This document shows, one piece after another, positions 27,622-37,399 of a stretch of DNA of 64,000 nucleotides; positions within the stretch are counted from its first letter, which is position 1, and each line of letters opens with the position of its first letter. The stretch is taken from NCBI GenBank assembly GCA_963664405.1, contig OY761158.1:1856001-1920000 (forward strand), in the 5' to 3' direction. The notes below the pieces were generated by a model. That model searched no databases. It was given only the letters and a program-made list of their open reading frames with translations, and was not told the origin of the DNA. Both the position numbers and the translations under genes were made by a program. The stretch is from Thermoanaerobaculia bacterium (GTDB lineage Bacteria > Acidobacteriota > Thermoanaerobaculia > Multivoradales > Multivoraceae).

Positions 27622-29076
27622 CCTCTCGCCCTCCTTTGTGAAGGCAAGATCGACCCACGAGGACCACACCCGCGTCAACCCCGTCGAGGCGCCGGATTCC
27701 AATTCAATCCGGACACCCATTCCAATCCAATCTGGACACCGATTCCAATCGGCGGTCTCAACTGTCCGAATTCGATCGGAATCACTGTCCGATTCGAATC
27801 GGAATCGATGTCCGATTTCGATTGGATTCACTGTCCGGTTTCAACCGGTGCACGCACCAGCTGCTGGGTGGTGTTCCTCGCCGTTGCGTTTACGACAATT
27901 TGAGCGCCGCCGTTCGTCGCCGGGTGGGTTCTGAGCGCGTGCTGACGGATCGATTCAAAGCCCTTGTGAGCCACTACTTGTTCGAGGCTTGCTTCGCTCG
28001 TCCCGGTGAAGGTCACGACAAGGGGAGCGTGGAGTCTCGAGGCAAGGGCCTGCGCCTGGCTGAGATCTCGGCGTCGTTGCTCGGGTCGGTGGAGTCGAGC
28101 TGGCGCAGGAAGGGGCTCTCGAAATGGGAGGAGGAGCTTCAGGGCATGCTCGAGCTGCCGCAGTTCGCATTCGATCCCCGGCTGCCGGAAGTGGTGCGAG
28201 TCTCTCGCCAGGCGATGGTGCAAGTGGGCAAATCGACGTATTCGGTGCCGTCGAGGTGGAAGAATCTGCAGATCACGGCGCAGATCGGTGTCGAGGAGAT
28301 CACGTTTCAATGCCGCGATGAGGAGTTTCGCTGTGCTCGGATCCGCCGAGGGAAACGGGAGATCCGCTACTCCCACTACTTCGACGAGCTGTCCAGGAAG
28401 CCACAGGCCGTCCGCCAAGTGGCTCCTGAGCTCTTGGCAGAGCTCGGGGAGCCGTACCAAAAGCTCTGGAAGATGCTGGATTCTCGCTATGGAGCATTGG
28501 AGACAGCGAGGCTCTTTGCCAAGCTGTTGGGAGCCGTCATCGACCAGGGCCACGAGGACGTGGCGGCGGCACTCGAGGAGGCCTTCCTCGCCGGCCGCTT
28601 CAATCTGCTGGCTCTGCAGCTGCCTGTCGAGCCGGTCACCAATGAGATTCCCGAAGGCCTGAGAGAGCACGAGATCGAATCCGCTCGAGCTGCCGACTTC
28701 GACGCGCTCCTTGACGGGGCGGTGTCATGAGCCGTGCCCTCCGCCGAGCGGTGATGCAGGAGAATCTGCGGACCTTGAAGCTTCCCTCGGTGCTTCGGGA
28801 CTACGAGGATCGAGCCCGACAGGCCCAGGACGGCCAGTGGGACTACGAGGACTTCCTGCGTGATCTCTGGACCCTTCGAACTGCTGATGGTTTCCTGACG
28901 GAGGCCTTCTAAACTCTCCCTCCGAGCAGGGTCCGGGCTGTAGCCGCCTGTGGAAAACCGGTGGAAAAGAACCAAGAAAGGAGTTATGCTGATCGCTCGC
29001 CCATTGCGGTCTTCGGCTCTTGAGTTGCATAACGACGTTCTCTAGGTGCGCTGGTGAGGGGGGGGTAGTGTAGTCG

Positions 29077-31633
29077 ATGACGGAAGTACTCAGAAAGCGT
29101 GGCCCGCTGGTTACGAGCAGCCGGGAGACCCCAGCGCCAGACCTCCAGTGGGCGGAGCCCGGACGCGTTCGTGTCGCCGGCAAGTTTCTCCGGGACCAGT
29201 CCGACCAGAAGTTCTATATCAAGGGCGTGAGCTACGGTGCTTTTCGCCCCGATGCAGAAGGCAACGAGTATCACGATGAAGATCTCATCTACAGAGACTT
29301 CGAGCAGATGGCCGCGGCCGGGTTCAACACGGTCCGCATCCCGCACACGATTCCGCCTCGAGCACTTCTCGACATCGCCAGCGAGCACCGACTCAAAGTC
29401 ATGGTCGGAGTCTCGGCCGAACAGTATGTCGGGTATCTGATCGACAAAACCAAGAAGTTCTCTCTCCAGAACACGATCCTTCGTAGCGTCGAGCCGTGTG
29501 CTGGACACCCGGCCCTGCTCTGCTACGGCATCGGTAACGAGATCCAGGCACCCCTCGCGCGCTGGATCGGCCGCCGCAGGATCGAGCGCTACCTTCGGCG
29601 GGTCGCAAGAATCGTCCGGGATGTGGACCCAGATTCACTCCTCACCTACGTGAACTACCCGTCTACAGAGTACCTGGAGCTTCCCTTTCTCGATTTTCTC
29701 TCTTTCAACGTCTACCTGGAGGACCGGGAGCCGTTCGAAGACTACCTTGCGCGGCTTCAGATCCTGGCCGGCAATCAGCCGCTACTCGTCTCGGAGCTCG
29801 GTCTCGATAGCCTGCGCAACGGCGAGCTCGGTCAGGCCGGTTTCATCGACTGGCAGCTCCAGTCCGTGTTCGATGCCGGTTGTCTCGGAGCAGTGATCTT
29901 CTCGTGGACGGACGAATGGTATCGCGGGGGGGGGGGACGTTCATGATTGGAAGTTCGGCCTGACCACAGAGCAGCGGCGCCCGAAGTCCGCCCTGGCTGT
30001 CGCTTCACGCTCCCTTGCCAGGTTGCCTCCGGGGAACCCTTTCGACTGCCCTACAGTCTCGGTCGTAGTCTGCACCTATAACGGTGCTGTCTCGATACGA
30101 GAGTGCCTCGACGGGATCCTGCTGCTCGACTACCCGCACTTCGAGGTCATCGTTGTCGACGATGGATCAACGGACGAGACGCCTCATATCCTCGACGATT
30201 ACGACGTCCGAGTCATTCGCACCGAGAATCGCGGGCTTTCCCACGCTCGCAACACCGGCTTGGAAGCCGCTAGCGGCAGCATCGTTGCCTACATCGACGA
30301 CGATGCGTACCCGGATCGGGACTGGCTCACCTACCTGGTGCAGGCCTTCGAGAAGGGAGGCTTCGCAGCCATCGGCGGCCCCAACGTTTCGCCCGAAGGA
30401 GATGGCTTCACAGCCGACTGCGTCGCCCGAGCTCCGGGTGGTCCGTCCCACATTCTGTTGAATGATCGTACAGCGGAGCACATCCCGGGCTGCAACATGG
30501 CCTTCCGGCGCTCCTGTCTCGACACCATCGGCGGATTCGACCCGCAGTTCCGCAAGGCGGGGGACGACGTCGACGTCTGCTGGCGAATCTTGGAGCAGGG
30601 ATGGCAGATCGGGTTCAGTCCGGCTGCTCTGGTCTGGCATCACTCCCGGCGCTCGGTTCGAGCTTATTGGAAGCAGCAGTCGGGATACGGTGAAGCCGAG
30701 GCCCTTCTCGAGCCCAAGTGGCCGGACAAATACAACGAGCTGGGTCATGCGAAATGGCTCGGGAAAGTGTACAGCCTCGGACTCCCACGGCCGTTGTCCT
30801 TCAGGAAGACCCGCGTGTACCACGGGGTCTGGGGCACGGCGCCGTTTCAACACTTACATCGCCCTCAGCCGGGGCCACTTCTCTCGCTCCTGCTTGCGCC
30901 GGAGTTCCATCTCGCCACGCTCCTTCTCGCCAGCCTCAGCGTGCTCGGAATCTGGTGGCGGCCTTTGCTGCTCTGCGTACCCTTGCTTGCCATGGCGATC
31001 GGGCTCACGGCGCTCCAAGCCCTGCTCGGCGCGCGCCAGGCGGTCGAGGCGACATCTCGAGCGAAGGGGTGGAAGCGGGGTTGCGAGATGTTGGTGACCG
31101 CCGGGCTACACGCTCTCCATCCTCTCGCGCGCCTCACCGGTCGGCTGCGCTTCGGCCTGACCCCCTGGCGGTTGCGGGGAGGCCGCAGATCAGGATTCTC
31201 GCCCTTCCCCTTCTCTCTCGCTCGATGGACCGAGTCGTGGAAGGATCCTGCGCGGAGGCTCGAGGATGTCGAAGGTTACCTACGCGACCGCGGTGCGCTC
31301 GTTTGGAGAGGAGGTAGTTTCGATCGATTCGACATCCAGGTGAGCTGTGGGCTCGCGGGCAAAGCCCGTTGCCTGATGATCTGCGAGGACCAGGGATCCG
31401 GGACCCAACTACTGCGCTTCCGCGCCTGGCCACTTTCGTCTCTACCAACAATTGGCGCCATGTTGTCTCTGTTCGCGCTGGGCGGACTCGCGATCTTCGA
31501 CGGGGCGGTCGTCTCGGGAGCTGTACTCTGGGGGATGGGTGTTCTCCTCGGGGCGCTGCGCTACGTCTGCCTCGGGTCGGCGATGTCTCTGTTGCGAGAG
31601 GCGGGCAGGCACGAGGTCGAGACCGCGGACTGA
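29077..31633 (+). pseudogene. GH2/GH-A TIM-barrel plus GT2 membrane fusion protein, frameshifted at a G11 tract (29926-29936)
   Basis: KGVSYG, GFNTVRI, IGNEI, SELG, FSWTDEWYRGG; with G10 it continues DVHDWKFGL..VSVVVCTYNG, VDDGSTD, YIDDDA, AGDDVD and TM helices. Confidence 0.88.
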
Positions 31634-31636
31634 TTC

Positions 31637-32896
31637 TTGAGAATCATCGTCACCGGGCTGATCGCTCAGCACCCCACGCTCGGCGGGGTCGCTTGGGACT
31701 ACGTGCAATACCCGGTCGGGCTGTCGAGACTGGGGCACGATGTCTACTACTTTGAAGATTCGGGCGAGTGGCCGTACCGCGCCGACGGGGGGCCTTCCGG
31801 CACAGATTGGGTCGCTCGGGACTGTGCGGAGAATGTTGGCCATCTGGCTCGCGTCATGGGGCAGTTCGGGCTCGAAGGACGTTGGGCCTACCGATTTCCA
31901 ATCGATGGTGATTGGTTCGGTCTGTCGGACTCCAAGCGGCGTGAAGTCACCGAGACGGCAGACCTCGTGATCAACGTGTCCGGCACATTGGAGCATCCAG
32001 CGCGATATCGGCATCGAGGCCTGCTCGTATACGTCGATTCCGACCCTGTGTTCACGCAAGTCAAATACCAGGTGGACGAGTCCATGCGGAACCGCATCGA
32101 TGCTCACGACGTCTTCTTCAGCTTCGGCGAAGCCTTCTCTGAGGCCACTCCGGTGACGCCTCACCAGTGGCTGCCGACGCGCCAGCCCGTCCTCCTCGAT
32201 GAGTGGGACACCGACGACACGCCGCCTCGCGACTGCTTTACGACCGTGATGAGTTGGACGAGCTACAAGCCGCTGGAGTTGAGGGGCTGTCGTTATGCTC
32301 AAAAAGATGTGGAGTTCTCGAAGTTCCTTGATCTTCCTCGGCGAGTGCCGACTGCTACCCTGGAAGTTGCTCTTGGCGACACTCGGCACGTCGATTGGGA
32401 AGGCAAATCGCCGGAGAGCGGTGGCGGCGTTCGAGGCCGTCTCTCGCGCAGCGGCTGGAGGGTCGCGGACGCCATGGATACTTGCGGCACGCTGAACGAC
32501 TACAGGCGCTACATTGCTTCGTCGAAAGCGGAGTGGAGCGTCGCCAAGAACGGCTACGTCGTTGGCCGGCCTGGTTGGTTCAGCTGTCGTTCGGCCTGCT
32601 ACCTCGCCTCTGGCCGGCCGGTTGCTGTCCAGGAGACAGGGTTCTCGGAGGTGCTGCCCGTGGGCGATGGGATCTTGCCTTTCTCGAATCTCGATGAGGC
32701 AGTAACCGCGGTGGAGGAGATCGAGATTCGCTACGAACACCACCAGAAGGCGGCTCGAGAGCTCGCGGCCGGGTACTTCTCGGCCGAGGTCGTCCTCGAG
32801 CGGCTCGTGGGCGACGCCTTGAACGCTGCCACCCGCTCGACCATCGCTGAAGCGGGACGCGAGACTGACGAGGTCGGAGTCCGGCCCGATGAGTGA
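31637..32896 (+). CDS. Putative GT-B glycosyltransferase-like protein
   Basis: GGVAWDYVQY..LGHDVYYFED, YVDSDPVFTQ, EWSVAKNGY, WFSCRSACYLASGRP. Confidence 0.65.
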   Translation: MRIIVTGLIAQHPTLGGVAWDYVQYPVGLSRLGHDVYYFEDSGEWPYRADGGPSGTDWVARDCAENVGHLARVMGQFGLEGRWAYRFPIDGDWFGLSDSKRREVTETADLVINVSGTLEHPARYRHRGLLVYVDSDPVFTQVKYQVDESMRNRIDAHDVFFSFGEAFSEATPVTPHQWLPTRQPVLLDEWDTDDTPPRDCFTTVMSWTSYKPLELRGCRYAQKDVEFSKFLDLPRRVPTATLEVALGDTRHVDWEGKSPESGGGVRGRLSRSGWRVADAMDTCGTLNDYRRYIASSKAEWSVAKNGYVVGRPGWFSCRSACYLASGRPVAVQETGFSEVLPVGDGILPFSNLDEAVTAVEEIEIRYEHHQKAARELAAGYFSAEVVLERLVGDALNAATRSTIAEAGRETDEVGVRPDE

Positions 32897-32976
32897 CCTG
32901 AGCGGGTCCTCGAGGACATGACCAGGCACCGCGTCTGGTTTCGCCGGTCTCGCTGTGTGCACCAGGGTCTAGCGCG

Positions 32977-33696
32977 TTGACTCTCTGGACCGGGGGCGGC
33001 GCCCAGTGGTGGACGAAGAAGAGCCTCTATGCTTGTCTGAGGTGGTGGGCAAGAGACGCGGTGAACGTCCTGACTTTCGGGCCGGAGGCGCCGAGGTTCG
33101 CCGAGCTCATCTACGTGCCGACGGCCGCCTGTACCGCCGCTCTGAAGCCGTACGTCGGTCACCGTAAGAACTCCGGGAAGGTCATGGAGCCGTCCTGGAC
33201 TCCCGAGATGCAGCCGGTCGAGAGCGTCAGAAAAGTCGAGATATGCCTGCGCCATTGGCGGGAGGGCATGTCTTGGGAGGATGCAGGAGCGTATGAGAAC
33301 GCGGCCCGGAAGATCGCAGAGAAGGGCAATGCAGATTGGTGTACGACTCTCGAGGAGGTGGTCTCGAGATACGAGAACCTCGACAGGGTGTTCGAGGTCG
33401 TGCGAGCGGAGGGAAGGTTGCGCGCTACGGGGCGCGTGGGCGTCAGAGGCGGCCGGGTGCTCGATGGAACACTCGTGCACATAGACGAACGCGGCAACCC
33501 GATCGCTGGTGGCGGCGGATGGCATAGACTCGGCATGGCGCTGGCACTGGACTTACCGGAGTTCCCTGCTCAGATCGGTATGGTTCATCCACAGGCGATT
33601 CCAGAAGCTCAACGGGTATCGCCGAGTGAGTGGGCGACCCAGCGATTGAGATTCACTACGTGCACCTCCACGATCAATTTTGGGAATGACTCGTGA
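32977..33696 (+). CDS. Hypothetical protein (ParB/sulfiredoxin-like GWHRL motif), start uncertain
   Basis: VHIDERG..GGGWHRLGMALALDL; collinear with the cluster. Confidence 0.55.
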   Translation: MTLWTGGGAQWWTKKSLYACLRWWARDAVNVLTFGPEAPRFAELIYVPTAACTAALKPYVGHRKNSGKVMEPSWTPEMQPVESVRKVEICLRHWREGMSWEDAGAYENAARKIAEKGNADWCTTLEEVVSRYENLDRVFEVVRAEGRLRATGRVGVRGGRVLDGTLVHIDERGNPIAGGGGWHRLGMALALDLPEFPAQIGMVHPQAIPEAQRVSPSEWATQRLRFTTCTSTINFGNDS

Positions 33697-34122
33697 GTAT
33701 TTCCTAGGTGTCGCCGACCGAGCGGATCTCGTGCTCAGCGAGAAGCCATCGTGGCTTCTCCGAGATCCTGCCCGTAGGGGGTGGGTGAGCACTCCCCAGG
33801 CGAAGGAGAAGATGATGTTGGTTTCTTGCTGATCCCAGCGCCCGAGGAAGCTCTCTGCTACCTCCTGGCGATCGCGGATGAGATGCACATAGAACGCCTC
33901 AGACCCGTATCGCTCCTCTAGGTCGCCTAGGAACCAAGAGAGGCGATTGTCGACCTCGACGTGGTTGTCGGGGTACTCCAGAGCCCCGTACCGGCTCGAG
34001 CCGCGTGGTCCCGCTCCGCGCCGCTGGCTCTCGTGAGACGCCGTGTAGTTGCGAATGCCTTGGCATGCTCTTACAAAGGTCGTCGAGCCGCAGCGCCCGG
34101 TGGAGAGGACGAATACATTCAT
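33553..34122 (-). CDS. P-loop sulfotransferase-like protein, 3' end probably degenerate
   Basis: MNVFVLSTGRCGSTTF, HES, EVDNRLSWFLG, HLIRD..VAESF; C-terminus overlaps the opposite-strand gene. Confidence 0.6.
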   Translation of the reverse strand: MNVFVLSTGRCGSTTFVRACQGIRNYTASHESQRRGAGPRGSSRYGALEYPDNHVEVDNRLSWFLGDLEERYGSEAFYVHLIRDRQEVAESFLGRWDQQETNIIFSFAWGVLTHPLRAGSRRSHDGFSLSTRSARSATPRKYSRVIPKIDRGGARSESQSLGRPLTRRYPLSFWNRLWMNHTDLSRELR

Positions 34123-34245
34123 GGCGCTGTGTCTCGTTCCGTAGTCACCGAGTGGAAGCCGAGACCCTCCTGCGACGCAGCAGGGCTCCGCCAACCGTTA
34201 AGATGCATTCGCTCATGATAGGACAACAACGTGCACCCTGAGGCC

Positions 34246-35412
34246 ATGTCGAATCGTCTCGTCAGCATCATTGTCAACAACTTCAACTACGAGCGGTTCT
34301 TAGGAGAGGCGATCGCAAGCGCTCTCAGTCAGACCTACGAGCCAAAGGAAGTGCTCGTTGTCGACGACGGTTCAACAGATGGCTCGCTTGATGTCATCTC
34401 GAGCTTTGGGGCGAGCGTCAAGCCGATCTTCAAGACCAACGAGGGTCAGGCTTCTACCTTCAACGCCGGCTTCGAGGCCTCTAAGGGAGAAGTGATCATC
34501 TTTCTCGATGCTGACGACCTCTTACTTCCCGAGGCGGCCATGCACGCTGTTCGTGTGCTCGAAGAGCCTGACGTCGTCAAGGTCCATTGGCCGATGTGGG
34601 AGATCGACGAAAACGGCAACAACACCCGGAGGTTTCACAAGAAGTCTCTGATCGATGGGGACTACCGCGAGGAGTTCATCGCTCGCGGCCCCATCGCGTT
34701 GTCTCAGTCACCCACGAGCGGTAACGCCTGGCCGAGATGGTTCCTAGAGAAGGCCATGCCCTTGCCAGAGCACGAGGATCGTCACGGTGCGGATGGATTT
34801 CTCAAGAAGCTCTGCCCGATTTATGGGCCGATCCGGCGTCTCGAGATACCTCTTGGTTGCTATCGTCTACATGCCGGGAACTACGGTGGTGGTAGCGGCA
34901 CCTTCTTCAAGTTGCGGCGCTCACTTCGCCGCTACCCGGCTTACTGTCGCCTTCTCGAAGACCACTTGCGGCGAACGGGAGTTGACGCCGACTCGGCGGC
35001 TTGGATGGGCCCTGGTAGTTCCTTCGAATGGCTGGAGATGGCGGTTGAGCTTTTCGACGAGCTCGAGCGATTGGTCCCTCAGGACGCAGAAGTGGTACTG
35101 ATCGACAACGGCAAGTTCGGGTCCGAATTACTACCCGGACGAGAGCTAAGACCCTTAGTTCGGGGCAGCGATAGGATCTGGGGATCGTCTCCTGAAAGTG
35201 ACGAGCAAGCTGTAAGGGAGCTCGAGCGTGCGATCGATGCGGGGGCGCAATATCTGGCGTTTGCGTTTCCGGCGTTCTGGTGGCGCGAGTCGTTCCCGCA
35301 CCTTCTTCGCCAGGTCGAATCTCGCTTTGAACGCCTGTGTGCGAACGAGCGGCTCGTCCTCTTCGACCTCGAAGCCAACGCGACGGATGGTGTAGAAGGC
35401 GGCGGCCGATGA
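34246..35412 (+). CDS. GT2 glycosyltransferase with shared C-terminal domain
   Basis: NNFNYERFL, VVDDGSTD, FLDADD, YRLHAGN. Confidence 0.9.
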   Translation: MSNRLVSIIVNNFNYERFLGEAIASALSQTYEPKEVLVVDDGSTDGSLDVISSFGASVKPIFKTNEGQASTFNAGFEASKGEVIIFLDADDLLLPEAAMHAVRVLEEPDVVKVHWPMWEIDENGNNTRRFHKKSLIDGDYREEFIARGPIALSQSPTSGNAWPRWFLEKAMPLPEHEDRHGADGFLKKLCPIYGPIRRLEIPLGCYRLHAGNYGGGSGTFFKLRRSLRRYPAYCRLLEDHLRRTGVDADSAAWMGPGSSFEWLEMAVELFDELERLVPQDAEVVLIDNGKFGSELLPGRELRPLVRGSDRIWGSSPESDEQAVRELERAIDAGAQYLAFAFPAFWWRESFPHLLRQVESRFERLCANERLVLFDLEANATDGVEGGGR

Positions 35413-36401
35413 AGAAGGTGGAGATCCGATTCGCCAAGTCCTTTGACGATCCATCGTTGTCACCCGAGATATGGACTCGCCTGCTCAGTCAGGGCTCGAC
35501 GAATGTGTGTGCGATGACGCGGACGGCCCAACGCCTGTGGTGGGAAGCGAATGAAAGAAAGGGCGATCTAAAGCTGCTTGTAGCTCTTCGCGGCGGAGAG
35601 CCGGTGACGATCGCGCCAATGTTCGTGCAAGGAGGAATGGCATTCAATCTGTGCCCAGTTAGTCAACTCGACCTAGTGGGCGACGTCGAGGATCTGGAAG
35701 TTGCTAGGGCCATTCTCGAAGCTCTTCGAGACTCGACGCCGGAGTTCGCGGGGGTTCGCCTCTATTTCGTTCCCGACACATCCCCCACCGGGTGCGTCAT
35801 GGGACAAGCAGCAGCGGATCTCGCCCTCACCTGGCAACTCGAAGACGAGTTGCCGGCCCCCTACATCGACATGAAGGCCAACCCTGACATGGCGCTGGCG
35901 AGCTCGCGAAAGAAGACGGTCCTCCGTCGGGAGAACTACCTGCGACGGGAAGGCAGCCTCGAAGTGCACCACTACTCCGACGCTGACGAGATCCTTCCCC
36001 AACTCGATTCTTTCTACCAACAGCACGTTTCGAGATGGGCCGAAACTGAGACACCCAGTCGGTTCCGCGAAGAACGAGAACGACGGCGGTTTCGTGTGCG
36101 TATGCGAGAGCTGAGTAGGCTTGGTTACCAGCGTTTCTCACGACTTGATTGGAACGGCCGACCCATCGCCTACCACGAGGGTGTCGCGTATCAAGGGCGC
36201 TTCGAGTACGGAAAAACCTCGTACGAGATCGAGCTGGCGCACGCTTCACCCGGGGCAGTGCTGCTCCGCCATCTCATTCTTTCGGCCATCGCTGAGGGGG
36301 CTTCCGTTTTCGATCTCGGACCCGGAGCAGAGGACTACAAATTCAGGTACACGAAGGACTTCGTCACGCTGCAGACCTGGGCTGCCTACCCACGGGGCTA
36401 G
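35409..36401 (+). CDS. GNAT acetyltransferase (CelD/BcsL-like)
   Basis: SPGAVLLRHLI..AIAEG..VFDLGPGAEDYKFRY. Confidence 0.85.
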   Translation: MKKVEIRFAKSFDDPSLSPEIWTRLLSQGSTNVCAMTRTAQRLWWEANERKGDLKLLVALRGGEPVTIAPMFVQGGMAFNLCPVSQLDLVGDVEDLEVARAILEALRDSTPEFAGVRLYFVPDTSPTGCVMGQAAADLALTWQLEDELPAPYIDMKANPDMALASSRKKTVLRRENYLRREGSLEVHHYSDADEILPQLDSFYQQHVSRWAETETPSRFREERERRRFRVRMRELSRLGYQRFSRLDWNGRPIAYHEGVAYQGRFEYGKTSYEIELAHASPGAVLLRHLILSAIAEGASVFDLGPGAEDYKFRYTKDFVTLQTWAAYPRG

Positions 36402-36455
36402 CTGCAAGCTGAAGCGGGCGACATCCAGGCGGCGGCTCTAGACGATCCCCAGCTC

Positions 36456-37388
36456 ATGAAACGCAAACTCGACCTGTCTGGACTCTCCACGGCCTTGAGT
36501 CGTCTGTTCGGGCAGCCCGCGAGAGTGCTGAGCGCTACACCGTATGACGATGCGAGCACCTATTCCTGCGACGTCCTGAAATGCGACATCCAAGGGAAGC
36601 AGATCGAGATCTTCGCCAAGCATGGGGTCGGTCAGCCGGTGGATCGATTACTGGGTCACTCGTTCGGACTAGATTACGAGTTTCGCATCTATCAACGGAT
36701 TCTGCCGAACTTGGATGTCGGCACAGCTCGATTCTTTGGCACGGCCACAATCGATGACGAGACGTGGGGTTTCCTGGAACTGCTCGCAGGCGGGGAGTGG
36801 GTCTCCGCATCGCCGAACGGGAACGGGGTCGTTCGGGCGGCAGAATGGCTGGCGGAGTTCCACCACAAGGCGGATCGATGGCTCGCTGGTACGTCAGAGT
36901 CTGCGCTTCGCGGAGCCACGAGAGACACCTACACCGATCTCCTGGCCAAGGCCCGCGAACGAGCAGCTCGACTGACGAGCGACATCACGGCTGTTGGTAA
37001 GCTTTTCGAGCGTCTAGGCGACTTCCCTGACGCAATGGTGTCATCCGATCAAACAGTCGTGCACGGCGAGTTCTACCCCGGCAACATCGTTCTAAAGGGC
37101 GATCGTGTGTGCCCGATCGATTGGGAGTCGGCAGCCGTGGCGCCTGCCGAGATCGATTTGGCGAGTCTCATCGAAGCGTGGCCATCTCACGTGGCACTCC
37201 GTTGCATCGAAGCCTATCGCCGAGGCCGGGGCCTTGAACGGTCCGGTTCTGGTTTTCAGACCAGCCTGACCAGGTGTCGAATCTACTGGGCGCTTCGTTG
37301 GCTGATAAGCAAGCCACCTCGAGGTGCGCGTCGACGCTTGCGCGACCTGATGGCCCTGCAGCACTGCCGACTGGCGACCAAGGACTGA
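36456..37388 (+). CDS. Aminoglycoside-phosphotransferase/choline-kinase family protein
   Basis: WLAEFH, VHGEFYPGNI, PIDWE, EIDLA. Confidence 0.82.
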   Translation: MKRKLDLSGLSTALSRLFGQPARVLSATPYDDASTYSCDVLKCDIQGKQIEIFAKHGVGQPVDRLLGHSFGLDYEFRIYQRILPNLDVGTARFFGTATIDDETWGFLELLAGGEWVSASPNGNGVVRAAEWLAEFHHKADRWLAGTSESALRGATRDTYTDLLAKARERAARLTSDITAVGKLFERLGDFPDAMVSSDQTVVHGEFYPGNIVLKGDRVCPIDWESAAVAPAEIDLASLIEAWPSHVALRCIEAYRRGRGLERSGSGFQTSLTRCRIYWALRWLISKPPRGARRRLRDLMALQHCRLATKD

Positions 37389-37399
37389 GGTCCTAGCTC

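Larger units (their letters stand above)
24970..27856 (-). mobile_element. Inner IS21-family element, complete, with 5-bp target duplication
   Basis: TG...CA termini; CCAGC at 24965-24969 and 27857-27861; multiple ~21-22 bp subterminal repeats containing GGACA/TGTCC. Confidence 0.93.
24317..28868 (+). mobile_element. Outer IS21-family element (istA split by inner IS21; istB truncated)
   Basis: Terminus TGTTGGCAACG with tandem AAGTGAGCCAC repeats; istA 24426..24969 and 27862..28730 (AQVDF, VPRRCVYDN, HDKGSVE); istB start 28727 (LKLP..WDYEDFL) ends abruptly; right boundary approximate. Confidence 0.85.

Noticed and set aside
27690-27856. Array of ~21-22 bp repeats resembling a mini-CRISPR
   Set aside because: No unique spacers or cas genes; these are typical IS21 subterminal repeats, mirrored at 24970-25020.
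28983-29033. GTTATGC...GCATAAC as an integron attC site
   Set aside because: The boxes are in the wrong order for attC, there is only one instance, and no integrase is present.
31442-32962. Long antisense ORFs (506 aa here; also 40239..41540, 3987..5147, 26122..27237)
   Set aside because: They mirror well-supported genes in GC-rich DNA and show no recognisable motifs.
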